Of a DNA stretch of 64,000 bases, positions 10,901 to 20,273 are shown in pieces; the first letter of the stretch is position 1; every line of letters starts with the position of its first letter. The DNA lies in the NCBI RefSeq assembly GCF_000737315.1, contig NZ_JMCB01000007.1, positions 321,072-385,071 of the forward strand, in the 5' to 3' direction. This stretch comes from Hyalangium minutum. GTDB lineage: Bacteria; Myxococcota; Myxococcia; Myxococcales; Myxococcaceae. Below the pieces are notes generated by a model. It did not search any database. It was not told the DNA's origin and saw nothing but the letters and a program-made list of their open reading frames with translations. Both the position numbers and the translations under genes were made by a program.

Positions 10901-11036
10901 ACTGCTCCCACAGCTGGGTAGAGCTCTGCACATCCGTGAAGACGATCGCCACCGTGCCCGTGGGAGCGGACGGAGAACCTCCGGGGTGGGTTTTCCCCGA
11001 GGCATCACCAGGAGGGGGCGGGTTGCTCGCGGACAT
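7920..11036 (-). CDS. Class III adenylate cyclase - STAND/NB-ARC-like ATPase - TPR protein
   Basis: Cyclase motifs FTDVQSST, VKTQGDSFM, MGIH, DYLGRTVNVAAR; Walker A GPGGMGKT; Walker B LILDN; helical TPR-like C-terminus. Confidence 0.85.
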   Translation of the reverse strand: MSASNPPPPGDASGKTHPGGSPSAPTGTVAIVFTDVQSSTQLWEQCGEAMQAALDMHNTVLRALLATTWGYEVKTQGDSFMVVFPTVPEAVRWCLDAQEALLQASWPAEVLAHPQGAEERGPQGRPLHRGLRVRMGIHVGEAECRVDERTGRADYLGRTVNVAARVTSAGHGGQILLSGAAWTQVADQWEAVGQPAVRTLGEFRLKGLDEPVTLIELLPAALADRRFRPLRALEARRGNLPSVTSALVGREEELALLAKRFQEGARLITILGPGGMGKTRLATHFGSTQLSSPQLWEGGAWLCVLTEATTAGDICHVVGQALEVDLIHGGQEGDAAEQIGRALAGRGQVLLILDNMEHLMRHVSATLGRWMTLAPHARFLVTSREEMRLPGEWVLDLAPLGLPAEDETSLEAISRSEAVRLFVQRAQGAQGNYVLTAEDAPLVSEIVRRLDGIALAIELAAARTHVLGVAQIRERLERRFVLLRAGRRDASARQATLRGAIDWSWNLLEPAEREALAQCSVFRGGFTLEAAEAVLELPPDSPDVLDVIQSLRSKSLLRTAPTDDVEGERRLSLYESVREYASERLAEPGAEASVVARHAAFFLEHARVLTRLLHGSSGVEALRRLAVERENLLAVVDHALAQRPHTPESLGRALGGLIALEPDVTARGPMDLTLERLDHALDLAASLPVDALLRAEALAMRGRTHLELGQLAAARKALEEARKAFHALGAGAQEKRVLVGLSMVARHEGDMNAAWALVVGARALPSGGDKWLEGYAVGNLGLVELFRSGATAAVPHLRSALELFRGLGDAPFEVAFLINYAFAIGELGRMREAVALLKEAVTKSTHVGDRFSQATARLNIGCLLLEENRAVEAVEHLEAAVPIGRQLGSRLLEACALGELGRACLWLDDPAQAQTYLREAIATLSEVSRWHMLRFSAHLAAVYAALGQLPAASESFLALEAAPELREDPVLIELVSLLRATVDLAVARTGAPSAQVEQFLASARQRLERARKAPPAAASSDLRSSLRLLEHWLQQQPH

Positions 11037-11155
11037 GCGGGCGAAGGGACTCAGAGAGGGAGGGCCGGCGCGTGGAGGTTGGAGAAGACCCACCCTCCCG
11101 CGTCAGTTTTTCGAGTTCCGCAGCGTTTGAGGCCGTCGCCGCGCCTACGCTGTCG

Positions 11156-11184
11156 GGTTTTCAAAGGGTTTTCCTCAGGTTTTC
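11156..11184 (+). repeat. Three perfect GGTTTTC direct repeats with exact 11-bp period
   Basis: Copies at 11156, 11167 and 11178, just upstream of a sigma54-like box. Confidence 0.85.
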
Positions 11185-11188
11185 GCGA

Positions 11189-11204
11189 CGGCACATGTTC
11201 TGCA
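11189..11204 (+). promoter_or_regulatory. Candidate sigma54 (-24/-12) promoter
   Basis: CGGCACATGTTCTGCA: GG-N10-GC spacing, 84 bp upstream of the ATG at 11288. Confidence 0.55.
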
Positions 11205-11287
11205 AAGAAGCCTGTGTGTCAGACCCCCGTGGTTGTTTTCGCGCATCGGTTGGACAGGACCTACAACCCCGGTTTGGAGAGAAGACC

Positions 11288-12250
11288 ATGGAAAACCTCG
11301 CGAAACGAGAGCGTCTCAGCAGGATGGGTGGATGGGTGGTGGTGGCGGCGCTGCTGATGGGCAGCGTTGCGTGTGGGCGGATGGAGGAGTCTGGTGAGTC
11401 CATGGTGACCCCCTCCACTGCGAAGCAGGAGCTGACGGAGTCCAATGGCCTGACGGTGAACGGGCTGACGGTGAACGGGCTGACGGTGAACGGGCTGACC
11501 GTCAATGGCCTGACGGTGAACGGGCTGACGGTGAACGGGCTGTCGAGCTCTGCCTTCGCCTCGTGGTTCAGCCGCGACGTGGCGCTCAACAACATGCTGA
11601 TGAAGTACATGGTCCAGTGCGCGCTGCCTGCGGGCGAGACGCGCACGTACCGGGAGCTTGAGACGGGCACGGCTTACACGTGGGAGGGCTCGCTGGGGCT
11701 GGCGCCGGGCTGGGTGCGCGGCCACGACTTCTCGGTGGAGGAGCAGCAGCTGGTGTCGGCGTGCCTGGCGGCGCATGTGAACAAGTACGGGATGCACGTG
11801 CCTCTGTCGGTGCTGGGCCTGAAGGCGGAGCGGCAGCCTATCGCTTACAGCCAGGAGGAGCTGGAGAGCTTTCCGCGTCGTGAGGCGTGCTTCTTCGGCA
11901 ACCTGTTCACCGGCGAGGGTGTGTTCGCGGGCGTGGATCGGGACTACCTGGATGCGAGCGAGAGCTCGCCTCGCGCCTGCGGTCTGACGACGCAGGAGGG
12001 TGCCTCCGAGTCCGCGTGCAGCCCGATGGTGCACGTGGAGGAGAGCTGCGAGACGCTGTGCATGCTGGACCCGTCGGGTCTGTTCTACACGGAGTGCCGG
12101 TACAACGGGCAGAAGTACCGTCCGCTGACCACGCGCATCCGCTCGGAGGACGTGTTCGCGTGCGGTGACGGCGTGTGCCAGTTCACGGAGAGCTGTGGCC
12201 TGAACGACACGGCCACCAGCTGCTTCAGCGACTGCGGCGCCTGCGAGTGA
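11288..12250 (+). CDS. Putative lipoprotein with NGLTV pentapeptide repeats and Cys-rich C-terminus
   Basis: Signal peptide ending GSVAC; (NGLTV)x6-NGL; many Cys; GGAGA RBS. Confidence 0.75.
   Translation: MENLAKRERLSRMGGWVVVAALLMGSVACGRMEESGESMVTPSTAKQELTESNGLTVNGLTVNGLTVNGLTVNGLTVNGLTVNGLSSSAFASWFSRDVALNNMLMKYMVQCALPAGETRTYRELETGTAYTWEGSLGLAPGWVRGHDFSVEEQQLVSACLAAHVNKYGMHVPLSVLGLKAERQPIAYSQEELESFPRREACFFGNLFTGEGVFAGVDRDYLDASESSPRACGLTTQEGASESACSPMVHVEESCETLCMLDPSGLFYTECRYNGQKYRPLTTRIRSEDVFACGDGVCQFTESCGLNDTATSCFSDCGACE
11444..11542 (+). repeat. 15-bp coding tandem repeat (6 full units + partial) encoding NGLTV
   Basis: aacgggctgacggtg units with synonymous variants. Confidence 0.95.
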
Positions 12251-12299
12251 GTGACGCCGTGAAGCGCGGCGCGTGAGCCCCCTGGGCCACGCCGCACCG

Positions 12300-12334
12300 A
12301 GGGTCCGCCGTCACACGGCGGGCCCTTTGTTTTT
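12300..12334 (+). terminator. Intrinsic terminator after the NGLTV lipoprotein gene
   Basis: agggtccgccgt-cac-acggcgggccct stem + ttgttttt. Confidence 0.75.
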
Positions 12335-12417
12335 GGGCGGGTCGAGCGTTGGATACAGGGCGAACCGGCGTTTGCGCACTGGCCAACGCCGCCGGGAGTT
12401 CCTACCTCTCTGCCGGT

Positions 12418-15400
12418 ATGCTGCTCCAAGGGTTGGAAGAGGGGAGTGCCGGCGCTACGGCGAAGGCAGAGGGTGGTGTGTCCATCGCGGACAAGCTGTT
12501 CGCTCGCATTCGCGAGGACCTGCTCGCGCGCGCTCGCGCCACGCCGCTGTCCACGTATCGCATTCAGCTCCACAAGGGCTTCACCTTCCAGGAGGCCCAG
12601 GCCGTGGTGCCGTATCTGGCCCGCCTCGGAGTGAGCGACTTCTACGCGTCGCCCTACTTGAAGGCGTCCCCCGGCAGCACCCACGGGTATGACTGCGTCG
12701 ACCACCAGCAGCTCAACCCCGAGGTGGGCTCCGCCGAGGACCACGCTGCTCTCTGCCACGCGCTCCGCGAGCAGGGCATGGGACACGTGCTCGACGTCGT
12801 CCCCAACCACATGGGCATCGAACGCTTCAATGCCCTGTGGTTCGACGTGCTGGAGAACGGCCCGGCCTCCGTCTACGCGAAGTACTTCGACATCGACTGG
12901 GCCCCTGTGAAGGCGGAGCTGCGCGACAAGGTGCTCCTGCCCATCCTCGGAGATCAGTACGGCATCGTCCTGGAGAATGGTGAGCTCAAGCTCGGCTACC
13001 GCTCCGGTGCTTTCTTCATCCACTATTACGATCACCTGCTACCCCTGGCACCCCGGCAGTACGCCCGCGTGCTGCGCCCAGGGTTCGAAGAGCTCGAGAC
13101 GCGGCTCGGTGCGACGAATCCGCACCTCATCGAGCTGCAGTCCATCCTCACCGCCATCGAGCACCTGCCCACTCGCACCGAGACGGAGCGCTCCAAGGTC
13201 ATCGAGCGCAACCGCGAGAAGGAGGTCATCAAGCGGCGCCTCGCCGCGGTGGTGGATGCCAGCCCAGAGATCGCCACCTTCGTGACCGCCCGCGTGGAGG
13301 CCTGCAACGGCGCCCCCGGCAACCCGCGCTCGTTCGACACGTTGGATGAGCTGCTCGCCGAGTGCAGCTACCGGCTCGCCCACTGGCGCGTCGCCGGCGA
13401 GGAGATCAACTACCGCCGCTTCTTCGACATCAACGGTCTGGCCGCCATCCGTGTAGAGGACCCTGACGTCTTCGAAGAGGCCCACGCCCGCATCTTCGAC
13501 TGGCTGAGCCGGGGCGATATCACCGGCCTGCGCATCGATCATCCGGACGGGCTCTTTGACCCGACCGCCTACTTCCTGAGGCTCCAGGAGCGCTTCTTCC
13601 TGGTGCAGGCCCGTGCGCGCTTCATCGAAGAGCACGGCGAGAGCGACGCGCGCTGGTCCACCGTGGAGCAGCGGCTCGTGGAGCGCTGGCGGAGCGAGGT
13701 GGCGGAGGACTTGAGCTCCCCACTGCGCAAGGCCCTCTTCGTCGTGGTGGAGAAGATCCAAGGTGGCCGCGAGCGAATGCCCGAAGCCTGGGCCGTGCAC
13801 GGCACCACTGGCTACCGCTTCGCCAACTTCGTGGGCGGCGTCTTCGTCCAGCCAGACGCCGAGAAGCAGCTCACGGACATCTACCACCGCTTCATCGGTG
13901 AGTCGCCGAACTTCGAGGATCTCGTCTACCAGAAGAAGCTCCTCATCATGCGCACGGCCATGGCGAGCGAGATCAACATGCTCGCCTATGAGCTGAACCG
14001 CATCTCCGAGATGCACCGGCGCACGCGCGACTTCACCCTCAACAGCCTGCGCCGCACCTTGGTGGAGTTCATCGCGCTGTTCCCCGTCTACCGCACCTAT
14101 GTAGACGGCTGGCGCCCCGAGCTCGATGCGCGGGACGTGCAGTACATCGAGTGGACCATCGCCCGCGCCAAGGAGCGCAACGCCACCACCAACGTCAGCA
14201 TCTACGACTTCCTCCGGGACATCCTCCTGCGGCGCTACCCGGATCACCTCAACGAGCGCGAGCGCGCCGCCATGCTGCGCTTCGCCATGAAGCTCCAGCA
14301 GGTGACCGGCCCGGTGATGGCCAAGGGCCTGGAGGACACTTCCTTCTACATCTACAACCGGCTCGTCTCGCTCAACGAGGTGGGTGGTGAGCCGGAGCAC
14401 TTCGGCACCCGCGTGGTGGACTTCCACCAGCGCAACCGTGAGCGCGCCGAGAACTGGCCCGCAAGTCTGCTCACCACCAGTACCCACGACACCAAGCGCA
14501 GCGAGGACGTGCGCGCCCGCATCCACGTGCTCACCGAGCTGCCCGAGGAGTGGGGCCGCCGCGCCGAGCACTGGAGCCAGCTCAACGCCGCTCACGTCGC
14601 GAAGCTGCCCAGCGGCCCCGCGCCCTCGCGCAACGACGAGTACCTCTTCTACCAGACCCTCATCGGCGCCTGGCCCATGGGCGGCGAGCCGCTCTCCGGC
14701 CCAGAGCTCCAGGACTTCCAGCGCCGCGTGCGCGAGTACATGGCCAAGGCCATCAAGGAGGCCAAGGTCCGCACCTCGTGGACCAACCCGGACGCCGACT
14801 ACGACACCGCCGTGGCCCGCTTCGTGGACGCCTGCTTCGATCCGGCCAAGAACGGCGCCTTCCTCGAGGACGTGCGCCAGTTCAAGCGGCGCATCGAGCC
14901 CGCGGGGCAGATCAACTCCCTGGGGCAGCTCCTCCTCAAGCTCGCCTCGCCCGGCGTCGTGGACACCTATCAGGGGTGCGAGCTGTGGGATTTGTCCCTC
15001 GTGGACCCTGACAACCGGCGCCCCGTGGACTTCACGCTCCGCTCCCAGCTGCTCGAGGCCCTGGAGCGCGAGGCCGCCGAGGATGCCGCGGGCCTGTGCG
15101 CGCGGCTCATGGCGAACCCGGACGACGGGCGCATCAAGCTCTACACCCTCACCCAGGGCCTGCGTCTGCGTCAGCGCCACATGGCCCTCTTCCGCGCCGG
15201 CGGCTACCACGAGCTGGAGCTGGAGGGGCCTCGCGCCCGGGCCGCCCTGGCCTTTGCCCGCAAGCACGAGGACTCACGGGTCCTCGCCGTGGTGCCTCGC
15301 TTCACCCTGGCCGCCCTGGAAGGGGAGGGGGGCCTGGCTCGCGCCTATGAAGGCACTTTCGTGGCGCTTCCGGAGGCGTATGGAGGCATGATGTTCCGGG

Positions 15401-15519
15401 ACGTCTTCACCGGACGCGAGGTGCGGCCAGAGCGCGGGGCGACGGGTGGCGTGGTGCTGCCCCTCTCACCGCTCCTCGCGGCGTTCCCGGTCGTCCTCTT
15501 GGAGAGGAGCAAGGGATGA
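12418..15519 (+). CDS. treY: Malto-oligosyltrehalose synthase (GH13)
   Basis: STYRIQLH, STHGYD, DVVPNHMG, INYRRFFDIN, GLRIDHPDGL, TSTHDTKRSED; start uncertain. Confidence 0.92.
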   Translation: MLLQGLEEGSAGATAKAEGGVSIADKLFARIREDLLARARATPLSTYRIQLHKGFTFQEAQAVVPYLARLGVSDFYASPYLKASPGSTHGYDCVDHQQLNPEVGSAEDHAALCHALREQGMGHVLDVVPNHMGIERFNALWFDVLENGPASVYAKYFDIDWAPVKAELRDKVLLPILGDQYGIVLENGELKLGYRSGAFFIHYYDHLLPLAPRQYARVLRPGFEELETRLGATNPHLIELQSILTAIEHLPTRTETERSKVIERNREKEVIKRRLAAVVDASPEIATFVTARVEACNGAPGNPRSFDTLDELLAECSYRLAHWRVAGEEINYRRFFDINGLAAIRVEDPDVFEEAHARIFDWLSRGDITGLRIDHPDGLFDPTAYFLRLQERFFLVQARARFIEEHGESDARWSTVEQRLVERWRSEVAEDLSSPLRKALFVVVEKIQGGRERMPEAWAVHGTTGYRFANFVGGVFVQPDAEKQLTDIYHRFIGESPNFEDLVYQKKLLIMRTAMASEINMLAYELNRISEMHRRTRDFTLNSLRRTLVEFIALFPVYRTYVDGWRPELDARDVQYIEWTIARAKERNATTNVSIYDFLRDILLRRYPDHLNERERAAMLRFAMKLQQVTGPVMAKGLEDTSFYIYNRLVSLNEVGGEPEHFGTRVVDFHQRNRERAENWPASLLTTSTHDTKRSEDVRARIHVLTELPEEWGRRAEHWSQLNAAHVAKLPSGPAPSRNDEYLFYQTLIGAWPMGGEPLSGPELQDFQRRVREYMAKAIKEAKVRTSWTNPDADYDTAVARFVDACFDPAKNGAFLEDVRQFKRRIEPAGQINSLGQLLLKLASPGVVDTYQGCELWDLSLVDPDNRRPVDFTLRSQLLEALEREAAEDAAGLCARLMANPDDGRIKLYTLTQGLRLRQRHMALFRAGGYHELELEGPRARAALAFARKHEDSRVLAVVPRFTLAALEGEGGLARAYEGTFVALPEAYGGMMFRDVFTGREVRPERGATGGVVLPLSPLLAAFPVVLLERSKG

Positions 15520-17666
15520 GGAGGGCGGAGGTGCTACCAGGGAAGCCGTTTCCCCTGGGCGCCACGTACGACGGAGAGGGCATCAACTTCGCGGTCTTCA
15601 GCGAACACGCCCGGAAGATCGAAGTCTGTCTCTTCGACCCGGACATGCCCTCCCGAGAGATCCGCCGCATTCCCCTGGTGGAGACCACCTACCAGGTCCA
15701 CCACGCCTACGTTCCCGGCCTCAAGCCGGGCACCCTCTACGGCCTGCGCGCCCATGGCCCCTACGAGCCTCGGCGCGGCCTGCGCTTCAACTCGCACAAG
15801 CTGCTGGTGGATCCGTACGCCCGCGCCCTGCACGGCCGCATGGAGCTGTCCGCGCCCATCCACGCCTACAAGGGCGAGGCCGAGACCGACAAGGACGCCG
15901 ACCTCACGCTGGACACGCGGGACAGCGCCGCGGGTGTGCCCAAGGCCGTGGTGCTCACCGATGACTTCGACTGGGAGGGAGACCGCCGGCCTGCCACGCC
16001 GCTGAACCGCTCGCTGCTGTACGAGCTGCACGTGAAGGGCTTCACTCAGCTCCACCCCGCCGTGCCCGAGCACCAGCGCGGCACCTACGCGGGCCTGGCC
16101 CATCCGGCCGTCACCGAGTACCTCCAGAAGCTGGGCGTCACCGCCGTGGAGCTGCTGCCCATCCACGCCGCCGTGGACGAGTCCTTCCTCGCCAAGAAGG
16201 GCCTCACCAACTACTGGGGCTACAACACCCTGGGCTACTTCGCCCCGGACGCGCGCTTCAGCAGCTCCGGCTCCCTCGGCGGCCAGGTCAACGAGTTCAA
16301 GCACATGGTCCAGGCGCTCCACCGCGCCGGCATCGAAGTCATCCTCGACGTCGTCTACAACCACACCTGCGAGGGCAACCACCACGGGCCCACGCTCTCC
16401 TTCAAGGGCCTGGACAACAGCGCCTACTACCGGCTCAACGAGAAGGAGCCGCGCTTCTACCTGGACTTCACCGGCTGCGGGAACTCGTGGAACGCCACCC
16501 ACCCGTACGCGCTCAAGCTCGTGGTGGACTCGCTGCGCTACTGGGTCGAAGTCATGCACGTGGACGGGTTCCGCTTCGACCTGGCCACCACCCTGGGCCG
16601 CGACAGGCACGGGTATGATCCCCGCGCCGCCTTCTTCCAGATGGTCCACGGCGACCCCGTGCTCAGCCAGGTGAAGCTCATCTCCGAGCCCTGGGACGTG
16701 GGCGACTTTGGCTACCAGGTGGGCAACTTCCCCGTGCTCTGGAGCGAGTGGAACGGCAAGTACCGCGACACCATCCGCCGCTACTGGAAGGGCGATGACC
16801 GGCAGGCCGCCGAGATTGGTTACCGGCTCACCGGCTCGTCGGACCTGTACGCGCTGTCCGGGCGCGGGCCCACCGCCAGCGTCAACTTCATCACCGCCCA
16901 CGACGGCTTCACCCTGAGCGATCTCGTCACCTACAACGAGAAGCACAACGAGGCGAACCTCGAGGGCAACCGCGACGGCTCCAACGACAACCACTCGTGG
17001 AACTGCGGCGTGGAGGGCGAGACGGACAATGCCGTCATCAACGCCCTGCGCGACCAGCAGATGCGCAACTTCATCGCCACCCTCTTCGTCTCCCAGGGGG
17101 TGCCCATGCTCGTGGCGGGCGACGAGTTCGGCCGCACCCAGAAGGGCAACAACAACGCCTACTGCCAGGACAGCCCCATCTCCTGGGTGAACTGGGAGCT
17201 GAGCGCCCGCCAGCGCTCCCTGCTGGACTTCACCTTGCGCATGAGCAAGCTGCGCCGCGAGCAGCCCGTGCTCCGCAAGCGCCGCTTCTTCCGGGGCGCC
17301 CACATCTGGGACAGCGAGCTCAAGGACCTCGCCTGGTTCCGCCCCGATGGCAAGGAGATGCGCAAGGACGACTGGGAGAAGCCCTATGTGCGCTCACTGA
17401 GCTTCCTGCTCGGGGGCGATGCCATCCCCACCCTGGATGAGCAGGGGGAGCGCATCGTCGGCGACACCCTGCTGGTGCTGATGAACGCCCACCACGAGCC
17501 CATGGCGTTCGCTCTGCCCGCCATCGAGTGGGGTGCCGACTGGGAGCTGGTGGTGGACACCACCACGTCCGAGGACTGTTCCCACGTCCATACCCCCGCA
17601 GGCGGGAAGGTCCAGGTGGCGGGGCGCTCCATGGTGGTACTGCGCCGCCCAGCCACGGACTTGTAG
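15516..17666 (+). CDS. glgX: Glycogen debranching enzyme/isoamylase
   Basis: NYWGYNT, DVVYNHT, DGFRFDLA, EPWDVG, NNAYCQD; ATGA overlap with treY. Confidence 0.95.
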   Translation: MRRAEVLPGKPFPLGATYDGEGINFAVFSEHARKIEVCLFDPDMPSREIRRIPLVETTYQVHHAYVPGLKPGTLYGLRAHGPYEPRRGLRFNSHKLLVDPYARALHGRMELSAPIHAYKGEAETDKDADLTLDTRDSAAGVPKAVVLTDDFDWEGDRRPATPLNRSLLYELHVKGFTQLHPAVPEHQRGTYAGLAHPAVTEYLQKLGVTAVELLPIHAAVDESFLAKKGLTNYWGYNTLGYFAPDARFSSSGSLGGQVNEFKHMVQALHRAGIEVILDVVYNHTCEGNHHGPTLSFKGLDNSAYYRLNEKEPRFYLDFTGCGNSWNATHPYALKLVVDSLRYWVEVMHVDGFRFDLATTLGRDRHGYDPRAAFFQMVHGDPVLSQVKLISEPWDVGDFGYQVGNFPVLWSEWNGKYRDTIRRYWKGDDRQAAEIGYRLTGSSDLYALSGRGPTASVNFITAHDGFTLSDLVTYNEKHNEANLEGNRDGSNDNHSWNCGVEGETDNAVINALRDQQMRNFIATLFVSQGVPMLVAGDEFGRTQKGNNNAYCQDSPISWVNWELSARQRSLLDFTLRMSKLRREQPVLRKRRFFRGAHIWDSELKDLAWFRPDGKEMRKDDWEKPYVRSLSFLLGGDAIPTLDEQGERIVGDTLLVLMNAHHEPMAFALPAIEWGADWELVVDTTTSEDCSHVHTPAGGKVQVAGRSMVVLRRPATDL

Positions 17667-17758
17667 CGGCCAGCCCACAGAAGCGGTAGGCAGGTGTCGA
17701 CGGAGTGCCACCCGGCCGGTTAGGGTGCGTGCCGCTCCGTGTCGATCCGGGAAAATCT

Positions 17759-18748
17759 GTGAACACGCAAGTCGCGCTCTGGGTGGGCTTCAACCTCTTC
17801 GTGATGGCGATGCTCGCCATCGATTTGGGGCTGTTCCACCGCAAAGAACATGTGGTGTCGCCCAAGGAAGCGGGCGTGTGGACGGGCGTGTGGATCGCCA
17901 TCAGCCTCCTGTTCTGTGCCGGGGTGTGGCGCTTCTCGGGCCGAGAGCCCGCACTCCAGTGGCTCACCGCCTACGTCGTCGAGTACTCGCTGTCCGTCGA
18001 CAACCTCTTCGTCTTCCTGATGGTGTTCGGCTACTTCCGGGTCGCCCCCGAGCACCAGCACCGGGTGCTCTTCTGGGGCATCATCGGCGCCTTCATCATG
18101 CGCGCCGTGCTCATCATCGCGGGCACGGCGTTGGTGCGTGAGTTCAACTGGCTCATCTACCTGTTCGGCGCCTTCCTCGTTTTCACCGCGGGGAAGATGC
18201 TGCTCTCCAAGGAGGATGATGATGCCGCGGACCCGGAGAAGGGGCTGGTGGTGCGCCTCGCCCGGCGGGTGCTGCCGGTGGCGCCCCAAGGCGATGGCAG
18301 CCACTTCTTCGCCAGGGAGGAAGGGCGGCTGAAGGTGACGCCCCTGTTCCTCGTGCTGCTGGTGGTGGAGGCCACGGACCTGCTGTTCGCCCTGGATTCC
18401 ATCCCCGCGGTGCTCGGCATCAGCCAGGACGCGTTCATCATCTACACCTCCAACGTGTGCGCCATCCTGGGCCTGCGCTCGCTGTTCTTCGTGGTGGCCA
18501 GCCTCATGGCCAAGTTCCACCTGATCAAGGTGGGTCTGGGCGTCATCCTCGGCTTCGTCGGCGTGAAGATGTTGATCACCTACTTCGACATCCACATCCA
18601 CATCGGACTGTCGCTGGGGATCATCGCCGGCATCCTCGTGGCCAGCATCGTCGCCTCGCTCATCTGGCCCAAGCCCCCGGAGCCCGAGGAGGCAGGCGCC
18701 GCCAAGGCCTCCAAGCCGGGCCAGGACCGCGAGAGCGCCAAGACGTAA
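17759..18748 (+). CDS. TerC/Alx family membrane protein
   Basis: EYSLSVDNLFVF, QHRVLFWG, EATDLLFALDSIPA; GTG start. Confidence 0.9.
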   Translation: MNTQVALWVGFNLFVMAMLAIDLGLFHRKEHVVSPKEAGVWTGVWIAISLLFCAGVWRFSGREPALQWLTAYVVEYSLSVDNLFVFLMVFGYFRVAPEHQHRVLFWGIIGAFIMRAVLIIAGTALVREFNWLIYLFGAFLVFTAGKMLLSKEDDDAADPEKGLVVRLARRVLPVAPQGDGSHFFAREEGRLKVTPLFLVLLVVEATDLLFALDSIPAVLGISQDAFIIYTSNVCAILGLRSLFFVVASLMAKFHLIKVGLGVILGFVGVKMLITYFDIHIHIGLSLGIIAGILVASIVASLIWPKPPEPEEAGAAKASKPGQDRESAKT

Positions 18749-18826
18749 GCCGCACGGAGGCAGGAGCTGCGCCTTCCGCTGGCGTTTTGCTTGCATCCCG
18801 GGGCTTCCCGGCCAATTGTGGTGCAC

Positions 18827-19210
18827 ATGTCCACGACGACCACCGAGGGCATCCGCATCACCGTGAAGCCGGCCTTCTGGCCGGAGCGCAGTGCTCCGGA
18901 GTCCGGCCACTACGCATTCACGTACACGGTGGAGATCGCCAACACGGGCTCCCAGCCGGCCACCCTGCGCAGCCGGCACTGGGTCATCACCGACGCCAAC
19001 GGGCGGGTGGAGGAAGTCAAAGGCGAAGGCGTGGTGGGCAAGCAGCCGAGGCTCGCGCCCGGAGAGCGCTTCGAGTACACGAGCTGGGCCATGCTCCGCA
19101 CGCCCTTTGGCTCCATGCGCGGCAGCTACCAGATGGTGCGGTCCAACGGGCAGCAGTTCGACGCCCGGATCTCCGAGTTCGCTCTCACCCTGCCCAACGC
19201 CCTGCACTGA
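18827..19210 (+). CDS. apaG: ApaG protein
   Basis: YAFTYTVEIAN, LRSRHWVITD, GEGVVGKQP, GSMRGSY. Confidence 0.93.
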   Translation: MSTTTTEGIRITVKPAFWPERSAPESGHYAFTYTVEIANTGSQPATLRSRHWVITDANGRVEEVKGEGVVGKQPRLAPGERFEYTSWAMLRTPFGSMRGSYQMVRSNGQQFDARISEFALTLPNALH

Positions 19211-19214
19211 GCCC

Positions 19215-20273
19215 ATGCCTACGCCGAAGAAGGGTGTGCTGCTGGTGAACCTGGGCACTCCGGATGCCCCGGAGTCCGGCCCGGTCCGCCGCTACCTGCG
19301 CGAGTTCCTCAAGGATCCCCGGGTGGTGGACATCCACCCCGTGGGCGCGTGGATGCTGCTCAACCTCGTCATCCTCCCCACCCGCCCGGCCAAGAGCGCC
19401 GAGGCCTATCGCAAGGTGTGGATGAAGGAGGGCTCGCCGCTGCTCGTGCACAGCCGGGCGCTGGAGGCCTCCGTGCGCGAGCGCCTCCGGGGCGAGTACG
19501 AGGTAGAGCTCGGCATGCGCTATGGCAACCCCTCCATCCCGGCCGCGGTGAAGGCGCTGCGCTCGCGCGGGGTGAAGGAGTTCATCCTCCTGCCGCTCTA
19601 CCCGCAGGAGGCCGCCTCCTCGACCAGCTCTTCCCTGGCGCGCGCCTACGAGGTGCTGGCCGAGGAGTGGGACGTGGCGGGCGCGCGCGTGGTGCCCGCC
19701 TTCCACGACCACCCGGGCTTTTTGGACGCGTTCGCCGAGGTGGCCAGGCCCGTCATCGCCGAGGCCCGCGCGGACCACGTCCTCTTCAGCTACCACGGCC
19801 TGCCCGAGCGCCACATGCGCAAGAGCGACCCGTCCGGACAGCACTGCCTGGCCTCGAAGGGCTGCTGCGACGTGCTGACGGACGTGAACCGCCACTGCTA
19901 CCGCGCGCAGTGCTTCGCCACCACGCGCGCCCTGGTTCAGCGGCTGGGCTTGCCACCCGAGGGCTACACCCTTTCCTTCCAGTCGCGCCTGGGCCGCACG
20001 CCGTGGATCAAGCCGTACACGGACCTGGTACTGCCGGAGCTGGCCCAGCGCGGCGTGAAGCGGCTGGCGGTGATGTGCCCGGCCTTTGTCGCGGACTGCC
20101 TCGAGACGCTCGAGGAGGTGGGCCTGCGCGCCAACGAGCAGTTCCGGGAGTGCGGCGGTGAGTCGCTCACGCTCGTCCCGTCGCTGAACTCCCACCCGGC
20201 CTGGGTGGATGCCGTGGTCCGCATGGTGCGCGAGGCGGATGGCGCCGCGCCGCGGACCCCTCCCGCTCCCTGA
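19215..20273 (+). CDS. hemH: Ferrochelatase
   Basis: LLVNLGTPD, MRYGNP, FSYHGLP, FQSRLG, FVADCLETLEE. Confidence 0.95.
   Translation: MPTPKKGVLLVNLGTPDAPESGPVRRYLREFLKDPRVVDIHPVGAWMLLNLVILPTRPAKSAEAYRKVWMKEGSPLLVHSRALEASVRERLRGEYEVELGMRYGNPSIPAAVKALRSRGVKEFILLPLYPQEAASSTSSSLARAYEVLAEEWDVAGARVVPAFHDHPGFLDAFAEVARPVIAEARADHVLFSYHGLPERHMRKSDPSGQHCLASKGCCDVLTDVNRHCYRAQCFATTRALVQRLGLPPEGYTLSFQSRLGRTPWIKPYTDLVLPELAQRGVKRLAVMCPAFVADCLETLEEVGLRANEQFRECGGESLTLVPSLNSHPAWVDAVVRMVREADGAAPRTPPAP

Noticed and set aside
7920-12250. NLR-associated amyloid signalling pair (STAND gene next to a repeat-motif protein)
   Set aside because: The STAND N-terminus is a cyclase with no matching motif, and the repeat protein appears to be exported.
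17667-17758. Possible yybP-ykoY (Mn2+) riboswitch before the terC gene
   Set aside because: Only short GC stems; the conserved GGGGAGUAGC-type motifs are not visible.
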